Below the pieces are notes generated by a model. It had not been told where the DNA came from, did no database searches, and saw only the letters and a list, made by a program, of their open reading frames with translations. A DNA stretch of 64,000 nucleotides from Obrimoposthia wandeli (Eukaryota): the NCBI GenBank assembly GCA_977020255.1, contig CDROCS010002027.1, positions 62,001 through 126,000 of the forward strand. Reading direction: 5' to 3'. Of this stretch, positions 20,565-29,828 are shown one piece after another. The position numbers were made by a program, and so were the translations under genes. Within the stretch, counting starts at the first letter, position 1; each line of letters opens with the position of its first letter.

Positions 20565-21632
20565 TTAAAGAACACCGCGGCTAATTTGATCGCGCTCTAT
20601 TGACTCGAACAGCGCTTTAAAATTACCTTCTCCAAATCCATCATCCTTTTTACGTTGAATAAACTCAAAGAAAACCGGCCCTATCACTGTGTTACCAAAA
20701 ATTTGGAGTAACAATCGAGGATCATTATTTTCAGTCGATCCATCAAGCAATATGCCACGCTTTTTCAGCTCTTCTACCGGCTCACCGTGGCCAGGTAATC
20801 GTTCTTCGAGCATCTCGTAATAGCTATCGGGTGGTGACTTCATGAAATCTAAGCCATTGTCTCTTAGCTTATCTAAGCTGGCTAATAAGTCATCAGAAGA
20901 AAATGCGATATGCTGAATACCCTCACCATTGTACTCTCTTAAATACTCTTCAATTTGGCCTTTACCATTATCCCCTTCTTCATTTAAAGGAATACGGATT
21001 AAACCATCTGGTGCAGTTAGCGCTTTAGATTTCAGACCGGTGTATTCACCTTTAATGTCAAAGTAGCGAATTTCACGAAAGTTAAAAATACGCTCATAAA
21101 ATTCAGCCCAATAGTTCATGCGCCCGCCATAAACATTATGGGTCAAATGATCAATTGCCTTAAAACCGAATCCCACAGGGTGTAGGTCTACTCCTTCAAT
21201 GAAATCAAAATCGATATCATAAATTGATTCACCATCTTCGTAGCGATCAATTAAATACAACGGAGCTCCACCAATCCCTTTGATTGCAGGTAGTCTTAGC
21301 TCCATTGGCCCAGTTGGAATCTCAATAGGCTGCGCACCAAGCTCTATTGCTTTTTTGTAAGCTAGCTGGGAGTTTTTTACTCTAAAAGCCATACCACAAG
21401 CACAAGGACCGTGTTCTTTAGCAAAAAATGCCGCATGGCTATCTTTTTCATAGTTGATGATAAAATTTATATCACCCTGGCGATATAATTGTACATTTTT
21501 AGATCGATGGTTAGCCACATGGGAAAAACCCATACCCAAAAAGGTTTTTTCTAACAATCCAGGCTCTGGTGCAGAAAACTCTACAAACTCAAAACCAGCT
21601 AAACCCATAGGGTTTTCAAATAAATCTGCCAT
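20565..21632 (-). CDS. hppD: 4-hydroxyphenylpyruvate dioxygenase
   Basis: [35 protein letters not shown] and [21 protein letters not shown]. Confidence 0.97.
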   Translation of the reverse strand: MADLFENPMGLAGFEFVEFSAPEPGLLEKTFLGMGFSHVANHRSKNVQLYRQGDINFIINYEKDSHAAFFAKEHGPCACGMAFRVKNSQLAYKKAIELGAQPIEIPTGPMELRLPAIKGIGGAPLYLIDRYEDGESIYDIDFDFIEGVDLHPVGFGFKAIDHLTHNVYGGRMNYWAEFYERIFNFREIRYFDIKGEYTGLKSKALTAPDGLIRIPLNEEGDNGKGQIEEYLREYNGEGIQHIAFSSDDLLASLDKLRDNGLDFMKSPPDSYYEMLEERLPGHGEPVEELKKRGILLDGSTENNDPRLLLQIFGNTVIGPVFFEFIQRKKDDGFGEGNFKALFESIERDQISRGVL

Positions 21633-21695
21633 TTGGCTCCTCCGAAGATGTACTCAATCTCTTTTCGTACTATCATGTTGTTAACGCGCAAAACA

Positions 21696-21735
21696 AGTTG
21701 CTGTAACAACTATTATTAGTTGCAATAGCAACTAA
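21696..21735. promoter_or_regulatory. Tandem palindromic operator (AGTTGC-N4-GCAACT), probable MarR sites
   Basis: AGTTGCTGTAACAACT (21696-21711) and TTAGTTGCAATAGCAACTAA (21716-21735) lie between the divergent hppD and MarR genes. Confidence 0.7.
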
Positions 21736-21767
21736 TGTCAAGAGAATAGTTCCTAGGGGTATCCAAA

Positions 21768-22232
21768 ATGTCCGAAATTAATAAGCAAATATTAACCTTA
21801 GATGGTTTTTTTCCTTATAAGTTATCTGTATCTTCTAATAAAATTAGCGGCTTGTTTGCCGATATTTATCAGGATAAATTTGCTCTATCTATTACTCAAT
21901 GGCGTATTATGGCTATCTTAGGCGAGTTTCCAGATAGTAGTGCTGATGATGTGTCGAATAAAACGCAGATTGAAAAGTCTATTTTGAGCCGCGCGATTAG
22001 TAAGCTTTTGCAACGAAAATTAATCCAAAGAGTGTTTAGTGAAACTGACAAGCGCCGCTCCATGCTTTCATTAACTAACACCGGTATTGATGTGTATAAC
22101 GAGATCGTTCCATTATCGTATGAATATGAGAAACAGCTACTAACGTGCTTTGATACCGCCGAAAAAGCGCAATTTAATGCCCTACTGGAAAAACTTTGCG
22201 CACACAGCGATTCCCTTAAAGGTAACAATTAA
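21768..22232 (+). CDS. MarR-family transcriptional regulator divergent from hppD
   Basis: wHTH with SITQWRIMA, SRAISKL and TDKRRSMLSLT. Confidence 0.9.
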   Translation: MSEINKQILTLDGFFPYKLSVSSNKISGLFADIYQDKFALSITQWRIMAILGEFPDSSADDVSNKTQIEKSILSRAISKLLQRKLIQRVFSETDKRRSMLSLTNTGIDVYNEIVPLSYEYEKQLLTCFDTAEKAQFNALLEKLCAHSDSLKGNN

Positions 22233-22344
22233 TCTACACGATACACTAAACCCATAGACTGCAGCATTGTTCATATATTTGTATGAAAGTGAACCTATTA
22301 AGATTAACCGACTCATAGTGCAGACTTGGTTTACTACTTTAGAT

Positions 22345-22383
22345 CGTTGTTGTCCGGTTAAAAAGTGTAAGCTCTTTACTCAT
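22345..22383 (-). mobile_element. Right-end fragment of MITE family 1 (inverted)
   Basis: The reverse complement ATGAGTAAAGAGCTTACACTTTTTAACCGGACAACAACG matches the right terminus of the full copies. Confidence 0.75.
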
Positions 22384-22418
22384 GGTCATTTCCGTTACCC
22401 GTACCCTTAAGGACATTC

Positions 22419-25232
22419 ATGCGATTGAAAGCCATTATTTTTATAGCACTTACTTTATTTAGCGCTAACCAAGCTGTTTTTGCTAATCAATCTTCAAATC
22501 AGGAAATCATTAAAAGTCCTAATGATGCTCGTCTTTATCAAACTTTTACTTTAGCCAATCAACTACAAGTACTGATAGTTTCTGACCCTGATACAGATAA
22601 AGCAGCAGCCTCGCTTAATGTGAGTATTGGTTCTGCTGACAACCCTACCAATCGTCCGGGTTTGGCACACTTTTTAGAGCATATGTTATTTTTAGGCACT
22701 GAGAAATTTCCACTGGCCAATGAATACTCGGCTTTTATTGATTCCCACGGTGGTTCTCAAAATGCTTTCACAGCGCAAGACAACACCAATTATTATTTCG
22801 ATATAAAGCCTGATTCTCTAAGTAACGCGTTAGAGCGATTCTCTCAGTTTTTCATTTCCCCACTTTTTTCTGAAAAGTATACTGATAGAGAGCGAAAAGC
22901 TGTTCACTCTGAATATCAATCAAGATTAAAAGATGATGCACAACGTAATTACGCTATTTTTAAGAAAATTATGAACCCTGAACACCCGGGTAGCCGCTTT
23001 TTTATTGGCTCCCTGTCGACGCTGTCTGATAATAAGCAAAGCAAAATTCGCGATGATCTTATTAGCTTTTACCAAAAAAATTACTCTGCTAACAACATGA
23101 ATTTGGTAATATTAGGAAAAGAGCCTCTCACTGAATTAAAAGCACTAGCAATAAAGTATTTCTCCAACATTAAAAATAAAAATGTCGTTAAGTCTAACAT
23201 CCAAATACCTAGATTGGCTGCTGGTACACTACCGCGTTTATTAACAGTTAAGACACTAAAAGATTTTCGTTTATTAACACTTACATTCCCAACTCCTCCT
23301 AGCAAAACGCTTTATCAGCACAAACCTTTATCATATTTAAGTGCATTAATTGGTTATGAAGGAGAAGGTAGTTTAATTGCCTATTTAAAAGAGCGCGGAT
23401 TAGCCAATAGCTTGCGTACATCTTCAAGTATCGAATCAGACGTAGAATCGACTTTTCAAATCAGCATTGGCTTAACGCCAAAAGGATTAGATAATAGTGA
23501 TTTTGTGATTGAAAGCTTCTTTAGTTTTATCGCTAAAATGCGCAAAAATGGCATTAATGAAGCGCTTTATAAGGAAGAGAAACGCCTTGCGGAGCAAGCT
23601 TTCAAGTTTGTTGCAAAACAAAGCCCTGCTAGCTACGTTGTCCATTTATCGCAAGTACTGGATGAATACCCACAGCGTAATTGGCTCAATGCAGGATATT
23701 TAATGGAGCAATTTTCAGCGACCAGTATAACCAGCTTCTTAGCCAAAATAACACCGGATAACATGCTAGTTAACTTGCAAGCAAAACAGCTAACAACTCA
23801 TAAAACAGAGCCTTTATTTGGTGGCCAATATAGTTCACAAAATATTAGTCCAAAGCAGTTGTCACTTTGGCGTAACCCTAATGAAAATCCTGAACTGTTT
23901 ATTCGCAGCAGCAATCCTTATATCGCTGAAGACTTAAGCCTTGTTACCAAACAAGGTAGTTCCGGCAAAGCAGTTAATGAAACGGTCAAGCCTTTAGCCC
24001 TATCAACCCCATCATTAAATAATATTAGTGAAGGCGTTACACTATGGCACTTACAAGATAATACGTTCTTAACTCCCAAGGCAAATTTATTTTTTAGCTT
24101 ATTCATGCCAGTGAACAAGCTGAGCATTAAAGATAAATTGGCACTAGATATATACGCCAGCTTGCTAAACGATAAATTGAACAAGCAGCTATACGATGCC
24201 GCTTCTGCGGGCTTATATATTAGTTTATACGCTCATCGAAGAGGATTGAGCATTAGAATTTCAGGATACAATGATAAACAAGCCCTTTTAATACGAGAGC
24301 TAACAGCGCTGTCCGAGTTTACATTTTCCCAACAGCGCTTTGATATCATTAAAGAGAACTTCCAAAGAGCCCTTATTAATCAACTAAAGGATAAACCATA
24401 CCAACAATTGATAAGCAAGCTGACCCAGCAACTGCTTGATTCTGCTGATAATGAACAAAGCCTTGCGGCTTTAGCGAACGTTGAACTAGAAGATATTTAT
24501 CGAATTTCACAAAAATTGTTTACGCAGGCAGAATTGAAAATTTTATCACACGGTAACGTCGACCTTAATGAGGCCAATAAACTAGCCAATTTAGTACAGA
24601 AACAACTTAATATACAACAATATACTAAGGTTAGTGACAACGAATTAGTTCAACAATTGCAGCCTGACAATCTATTAGAACTTGAGCAGGAATTTGATAA
24701 CACTGACTCAGCAGTCGTGTGGTATTTACAAGGCATTAATAATAGTTATCAACAACGCGCAGCGACCACTTTGCTCAGTGAAATGATCACGTCCGATTAT
24801 GCCAATCAGCTACGCACTGAACAACAGTTAGGGTATCTTGTGTTCGCATCAAACATGAGCTTACATAAAACTCCAGGCTTGACATTAGTAACACAATCCC
24901 CTGAAGCCAGTGTTGCTAAAATTAGCAATAGTAACCAAGCTTTCCTCGAGCGCTTTACAAAAAAATTAAAAAGTATCCCCTTTGCAGAATTTAAAACTTT
25001 TAAACAGAGTTTAATTGCGCGTTATAAAACTAAAGAACGCTCTATATACCAACGTAGTAGCCGATTTTGGAGTGAGTTAAATTACAATATACTTAACTTT
25101 GATGAACGACAGTCACTGATTAGTGCCGTGCAAAGCTTAACTTTACAAGATGTCCAAAAGAGTTGGCAAGCAATGTTACGAAAACAAATTCGTCTCAGTG
25201 GCTTTTCTAGTGACGAGCCAAGTAATAACTAA
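22419..25232 (+). CDS. M16 insulinase/pitrilysin-like Zn peptidase, exported
   Basis: Signal peptide; inverted zincin motif HFLEH; GGSQNAFT; LRTEQQLGY. Confidence 0.93.
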   Translation: MRLKAIIFIALTLFSANQAVFANQSSNQEIIKSPNDARLYQTFTLANQLQVLIVSDPDTDKAAASLNVSIGSADNPTNRPGLAHFLEHMLFLGTEKFPLANEYSAFIDSHGGSQNAFTAQDNTNYYFDIKPDSLSNALERFSQFFISPLFSEKYTDRERKAVHSEYQSRLKDDAQRNYAIFKKIMNPEHPGSRFFIGSLSTLSDNKQSKIRDDLISFYQKNYSANNMNLVILGKEPLTELKALAIKYFSNIKNKNVVKSNIQIPRLAAGTLPRLLTVKTLKDFRLLTLTFPTPPSKTLYQHKPLSYLSALIGYEGEGSLIAYLKERGLANSLRTSSSIESDVESTFQISIGLTPKGLDNSDFVIESFFSFIAKMRKNGINEALYKEEKRLAEQAFKFVAKQSPASYVVHLSQVLDEYPQRNWLNAGYLMEQFSATSITSFLAKITPDNMLVNLQAKQLTTHKTEPLFGGQYSSQNISPKQLSLWRNPNENPELFIRSSNPYIAEDLSLVTKQGSSGKAVNETVKPLALSTPSLNNISEGVTLWHLQDNTFLTPKANLFFSLFMPVNKLSIKDKLALDIYASLLNDKLNKQLYDAASAGLYISLYAHRRGLSIRISGYNDKQALLIRELTALSEFTFSQQRFDIIKENFQRALINQLKDKPYQQLISKLTQQLLDSADNEQSLAALANVELEDIYRISQKLFTQAELKILSHGNVDLNEANKLANLVQKQLNIQQYTKVSDNELVQQLQPDNLLELEQEFDNTDSAVVWYLQGINNSYQQRAATTLLSEMITSDYANQLRTEQQLGYLVFASNMSLHKTPGLTLVTQSPEASVAKISNSNQAFLERFTKKLKSIPFAEFKTFKQSLIARYKTKERSIYQRSSRFWSELNYNILNFDERQSLISAVQSLTLQDVQKSWQAMLRKQIRLSGFSSDEPSNN

Positions 25233-25302
25233 CCTGTAAAAAAACTTGTCGTAAACATTGGCTAACCACCTTTAATTAGGGAAGCTGTAAAAATTTCCAG
25301 AC

Positions 25303-25530
25303 GTCCCTAGCCAAGAGGGTTATTTGTGATTGAGGCAACGGTTACCGGCGCGCTCGTTGTTCGACGAAAGCGATTAACAAAGAGCGTTAATAATCCTTTA
25401 CGATCCGCAGGGTGGATATTTAAGCGCTAAACGCCTTTGCCAGAACGCTTGTAGAGAACTGGCCATTTATTGCGTATCTTCAGAGATTTATTCGCTACTG
25501 CCTTAGCTATTCAAGACTTAAATAGTCGCT
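25303..25530 (+). repeat. Structured interspersed element family 2, copy 1
   Basis: Shares conserved blocks in the same order with 53990-54204; internal long hairpin CGCTC/GAGCG and TTGTT/AACAA. Confidence 0.6.
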
Positions 25531-25577
25531 TTTATACTAGGTAATAAAGAGCGACTCGTGATAATGTTATTCCCGCT

Positions 25578-25757
25578 AAAAAGGTGCTGTTTTTTTCAGT
25601 ATAATTGGGAAGAAAGTCTGTTACTAGAACCACTTATTAAGTACTCATTTTTGGTGAATAATACTTAGTTGATCTGTTTTGTTAACCAACCTTCGCTGCC
25701 CCCGCAACGGTAAACTGCTGAACTTAGGTTTAACCGCAGGTAGCCCGGAACCAGCCT
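25578..25757 (+). ncRNA. Cobalamin riboswitch (short type with extended P4)
   Basis: AGGTGC...GGGAA...GCTGCCCCCGCAACGGTAA...AGCCCGGAACCAGCCT (B12 box), directly upstream of cbtB. Confidence 0.9.
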
Positions 25758-25808
25758 TATTAGTCACTTTCTAATTAAATTACACGGGTGAGTGTAAGGA
25801 GTTTTATA

Positions 25809-25988
25809 ATGCATAATTCACAAGTTTTAACAAACCACAACAGATTTACTGTTTCTTCGACTTTCCAAATATCCACTGCAATATTGCTTGGTATTGGATT
25901 ATTTATGTTAGTGGGCTTTGCGCCTATGGAAGTAGTGCACAATGCAGCTCATGATACACGCCATGCATTTGCATTCCCCTGTCACTAA
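25809..25988 (+). CDS. cbtB: Cobalt transporter subunit CbtB
   Basis: One TM helix followed by HNAAHDTRHAFAFPCH; AAGGAG RBS before ATG 25809. Confidence 0.93.
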   Translation: MHNSQVLTNHNRFTVSSTFQISTAILLGIGLFMLVGFAPMEVVHNAAHDTRHAFAFPCH

Positions 25989-26064
25989 AAAACCACACTA
26001 CAACTTACGCTGCCTTTAAACACAGTTAACATAAACTAAGATCTCAATATTGGGAGAAATTTGC

Positions 26065-26808
26065 ATGGCTTTAAGAAATATCCTATTAGCAGCAATCGCT
26101 GTTGGTATCATCACTGGCATCGTTTACGGGCTTTTTCAGCAAACTCAAATTAGCCCTATTATCTACGGCGCTGAACAGTTCGAAGTATTAGACGCCCCTG
26201 CTTCTCATAGCCATAGCACGCAAGAGCAAACTTCAGCTTCGTCTGCAGAAGCCTCCACCCCTGCTTGGTCACCTGAGGATGGCGCTGAGCGCATTTTTTC
26301 AACCATGACAGCTAACATTACTATTGCGATCGCTTATGCGCTAATGATGATTTCTTTGATGGCCTTACATAACGCAAAAGCTAACAAGCCTAAGATTACT
26401 GCAACCAGTGGTGCTCTATGGGGAATTGCTGCTCTGTTAGCTCTTTTCATAGCACCTGCACTGTTTGGCTTACATCCTGAAGTGCCCGGCACTGTTGCAG
26501 CTGAGCTAATTAATCGTCAACAGTGGTGGATGTTCTGTGCAGGTATCAGTCTTGCCGGTTTAGCAGCTTTGTATTACGCACCTGCCAAGTTTAAGTTTAT
26601 TGGTATTATTTTATTAGCCGCACCGCATATAGTGGGTGCTCCATTACCAGAAAGTCATGGCTTTGCAAATACCGACCCTGCTGCCGTGCAAACATTAACC
26701 GCTTTAACCAGCGAGTTCTTTATAATGACCACTATCGGTATGAGTATTTTCTTTGTTCTCTTAGGCAGCTTATCGGGTTTTGCGGTACAGCGATTTGTAA
26801 AGTTATAG
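26065..26808 (+). CDS. cbtA: Cobalt transporter subunit CbtA
   Basis: PIIYGAEQFE, His-containing linker, WSPEDGAER, PEVPG, RQQWW and PHIVGAP; GGAG RBS before ATG 26065. Confidence 0.92.
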   Translation: MALRNILLAAIAVGIITGIVYGLFQQTQISPIIYGAEQFEVLDAPASHSHSTQEQTSASSAEASTPAWSPEDGAERIFSTMTANITIAIAYALMMISLMALHNAKANKPKITATSGALWGIAALLALFIAPALFGLHPEVPGTVAAELINRQQWWMFCAGISLAGLAALYYAPAKFKFIGIILLAAPHIVGAPLPESHGFANTDPAAVQTLTALTSEFFIMTTIGMSIFFVLLGSLSGFAVQRFVKL

Positions 26809-26817
26809 CCTTACTTA

Positions 26818-26844
26818 TGTTCGATGTGTTCGATGTGTTCGATG
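26818..26844. repeat. 9-bp tandem repeat (TGTTCGATG) x3
   Basis: Read directly, 10 bp after the cbtA stop. Confidence 0.85.
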
Positions 26845-26929
26845 TAACAAAGTTAATATACAAAGTCACTTAAACAGAGTTTTGATTTTTTTAAGTGACT
26901 ATTGATCTAAATTTTTAAACAACTTTAAA

Positions 26930-27439
26930 ATGGTAACAGTTGATATGAATACTAATAAACTATGTAGCGTATTACTCGCCCTGCCAAGCTCTTTAAAACC
27001 GATATCTGTTATTGATCTCGTAAACAGGCATAATCGCTTTTTACTGGCAGTACTATGTACAGTACTAATCCCTTTTACAGTGCAAGCAGCGCCCGTAGAA
27101 TATAGTACTAAAACTAGCAATTTCACCTTAGTACTCACGGCACCTGAACCTGTACAACTCAATAAAATTTACAGCTGGAAAGGGCAACTTATCAGTCATG
27201 TTAAAGATTTAAACTTAGGTCAACTTACATTGGATGATTTTACAATTGGTGGAGGTATGCCAGCTCATGGACATGGGCTACCTACGCAGCCTGTGGCCAG
27301 TCATTTAGATAATTCCCATAAACAACAGTTACTATTTGATATCGATGGTTTAAAATTTCAAATGTGGGGGGACTGGCAAATTAAGCTTAATTTGCCCAAA
27401 CAGGATACGATAATAACTAACTTTAAGTTAACGCCTTAA
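26930..27439 (+). CDS. Exported YtkA/FixH-like Ig-fold protein with an HGH motif
   Basis: GGGMPAHGHGLPTQP and GLKFQMWGDWQI motifs; signal peptide ending TVQA. The true start is uncertain and may be downstream of 26930. Confidence 0.7.
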   Translation: MVTVDMNTNKLCSVLLALPSSLKPISVIDLVNRHNRFLLAVLCTVLIPFTVQAAPVEYSTKTSNFTLVLTAPEPVQLNKIYSWKGQLISHVKDLNLGQLTLDDFTIGGGMPAHGHGLPTQPVASHLDNSHKQQLLFDIDGLKFQMWGDWQIKLNLPKQDTIITNFKLTP

Positions 27440-27526
27440 TTTAGACTTTCTAATGATGCTACTTACTTGTAAACGCCAGTCACTGTATAAACAACAGAGT
27501 AATTTTTAAATGAAAAAGCCAGTTCC

Positions 27527-28825
27527 ATGCTAAGAATATTTTTGGCTGTAACCCTGCTAGCAGTACTCAGCTGGATCGGGCTATTTGATCGCCAGCATGC
27601 AGTAACTTGGTCAACAGATGAACTGGCACGCATCCAATCTTTAGTGCTCCCAGCACCTGCTATATTAACGCAAAGTGTTGTACACACAGGAAACCAATAT
27701 TGGGATAATTCTTTAGCTATAGCACTTGGAGAACAGTTATTTTTTGATAAAGCCTTAAGCGGTAATGGCCAAATTGCTTGTGCAACTTGTCATCTACCAC
27801 AGGAAGGCTTTGCTGACCCACAGCCTTTTTCACGTGGAATAGGCGTTACAAAGCGCCATTCCCCTGCTTTGTTAGGCGTGGCTAGCAGTGCCTGGTTTTT
27901 CTGGGACGGTCGTGCAGATAGCCTTTGGGCGCAAGCACTAGGACCACTTGAAGACCCTGCTGAACAAGGCGCTAACCGGTTACAATTAGCTAAATTAATT
28001 CGAACAAAATACTCCTTTCAATATCAAGAAATATTTGGTGAGTTAGCTGATTTTAGCGCATTACCTGATAATGCAACACCTGCAACAAACAATGTTAAAT
28101 GGCAGCAAACTTGGCAAAATTTACCACTGCTCGATCAAACAAATATCAATCGTGTATTTGCAAATATTGGAAAAAGCATCGCTGCATTTGAATCAACATT
28201 ACTACCAACGACCACTAAATTTGATCGATTTGCGAGAGAGTTGTTAGCGACAGGTGAATCAAATTTACTTAATCGACAAGAAAAGCAGGGGCTAAAAATA
28301 TTCATTGATGATCAAACTGGCCAATGTATGCGCTGCCATAATGGAGTTTATTTCACCAACAATGATTTCCAAGTAACGGGTATTAAGGATACTTTCACCC
28401 CTTTAGGCACGGGTAGAGCCGAAGGTGTTCAAAAGGCGCTAGATAATGAATTTAGCTGTGCGGGTTTATATGCCGACATTGAAGATAAAAATAGCCAATG
28501 CCAAGAATTAAAGTTTGCTAAGCGTTCGGGAGCTGAATTGGAATATGCTTTTAAAGTACCGAGCTTGCGCAATGTTGCCCAAACAGCACCTTATATGCAC
28601 AATGCTAGTTTAGAGACTTTAGAAGAGGTATTACATTTTTATACTCGCGCTGTCTCTCAATACACAAACGATAAAAACCTTGAAACTGATCAGCAGAAAA
28701 TACATTTAGATATCGAACCGCTCACTTTAGCTTCAAAACAGTTACAGCAACTTGCTGCCTTTTTGCATACTTTAAATTCTGCAACTAAATCAGCAGCTAA
28801 ACTTAAGCTTCTGCCTGAAATATAA
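27527..28825 (+). CDS. Di-heme cytochrome c peroxidase family protein, MauG/MbnH-like
   Basis: Two CxxCH motifs (CATCH, CMRCH), FFWDGRADSL, FKVPSLRNV and APYMHN...VLHFY. Confidence 0.88.
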   Translation: MLRIFLAVTLLAVLSWIGLFDRQHAVTWSTDELARIQSLVLPAPAILTQSVVHTGNQYWDNSLAIALGEQLFFDKALSGNGQIACATCHLPQEGFADPQPFSRGIGVTKRHSPALLGVASSAWFFWDGRADSLWAQALGPLEDPAEQGANRLQLAKLIRTKYSFQYQEIFGELADFSALPDNATPATNNVKWQQTWQNLPLLDQTNINRVFANIGKSIAAFESTLLPTTTKFDRFARELLATGESNLLNRQEKQGLKIFIDDQTGQCMRCHNGVYFTNNDFQVTGIKDTFTPLGTGRAEGVQKALDNEFSCAGLYADIEDKNSQCQELKFAKRSGAELEYAFKVPSLRNVAQTAPYMHNASLETLEEVLHFYTRAVSQYTNDKNLETDQQKIHLDIEPLTLASKQLQQLAAFLHTLNSATKSAAKLKLLPEI

Positions 28826-28855
28826 CAGTTAACATTGCCATAATTCAGGTGAGTA

Positions 28856-29006
28856 CATTAGTGTCCGGTTTAATTTTTGTTGTACTTTAACTCATTTATT
28901 ATAGGTTAAGCACAAGTATTATTTGGCTGAAAAATCCAATTACCTATGCTATAAAACCACAAATCAATGAGTTAGAGAGCTTACACTTTTTAACTGGACA
29001 GCAATG
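28856..29006 (+). mobile_element. MITE family 1, full-length copy (151 bp)
   Basis: TIRs CATTAGTGTCCGGTTTAA / TTAACTGGACAGCAATG; flanks AGGTGAGTA / AGCTGAGTA. Confidence 0.88.
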
Positions 29007-29056
29007 AGCTGAGTACCATCGATAGTACTAAAAAAATTATTTATGCCGGTGTTTAG

Positions 29057-29644
29057 TTACAATTTTTTCATATAGGCGCTAACAAGCACTACCCGAGTAC
29101 CATTAACACGCCCTTCGATATGCTCAGGATTTGAAGTTAAAGAAATCCCGCGTACGGTTGTGCCACGTTTAGCAGTAAAGCCTGCACCTTTAACGACTAA
29201 ATCTTTAATGATAGTAACATTATCACCTGCTTGTAACGCTGTACCATTACTATCTTTAGTTGGGGCTACCGCCACTGCATCCGCGATCATTAATCCTGCT
29301 TGTGCCCATTTCTGATTGTCATCATCTAGGTAGAGCATTTCTAATAAATCTTGCGCCCACAACTCGGTTGAGAGCTGCTTTAATTGACGCCAAGCCATCA
29401 CCTGTACTACTGCTTCTTGGCTCCACATACTGTCATTTAAACAGCGCCAGTGGTTAGCATCCATTGTGTCAGGTGCTTGAATTTGATTTAGACAAACTTC
29501 ACAGCATAAAATACTGCTATCTGAGCTAGCACCATCATTAGGCTCTACATTATAAGCTGCTAAATTAGCATCACCTGCACAAAGTTCACATTTACCATTG
29601 CTGCGTTTTTGTAAGGTATCTAAAATTGTCATGATTTTGGCCAT
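29057..29644 (-). CDS. phnA: PhnA/YjdM-domain protein with N-terminal Zn ribbon
   Basis: CELC and CCEVC Zn ribbon; KDSNGTALQAGDNVTIIKDLVVKGAG...KRGT. Confidence 0.88.
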   Translation of the reverse strand: MAKIMTILDTLQKRSNGKCELCAGDANLAAYNVEPNDGASSDSSILCCEVCLNQIQAPDTMDANHWRCLNDSMWSQEAVVQVMAWRQLKQLSTELWAQDLLEMLYLDDDNQKWAQAGLMIADAVAVAPTKDSNGTALQAGDNVTIIKDLVVKGAGFTAKRGTTVRGISLTSNPEHIEGRVNGTRVVLVSAYMKKL

Positions 29645-29828
29645 CTATTAGGAAATAGCCGCTATTATGCAGATATTGAGGAATTTTAGAAGTGTCTATT
29701 GAAAATAGTGTCTATTTAAAATGATAGTAACTCGCTTTGAAAACCCGATTTCAAGTACCTGATTAATATTTTTAATCTAAGAGTGACTAAAATAAAGTCC
29801 AAAAAGCACGATCAAGTTTGAATCAGTA

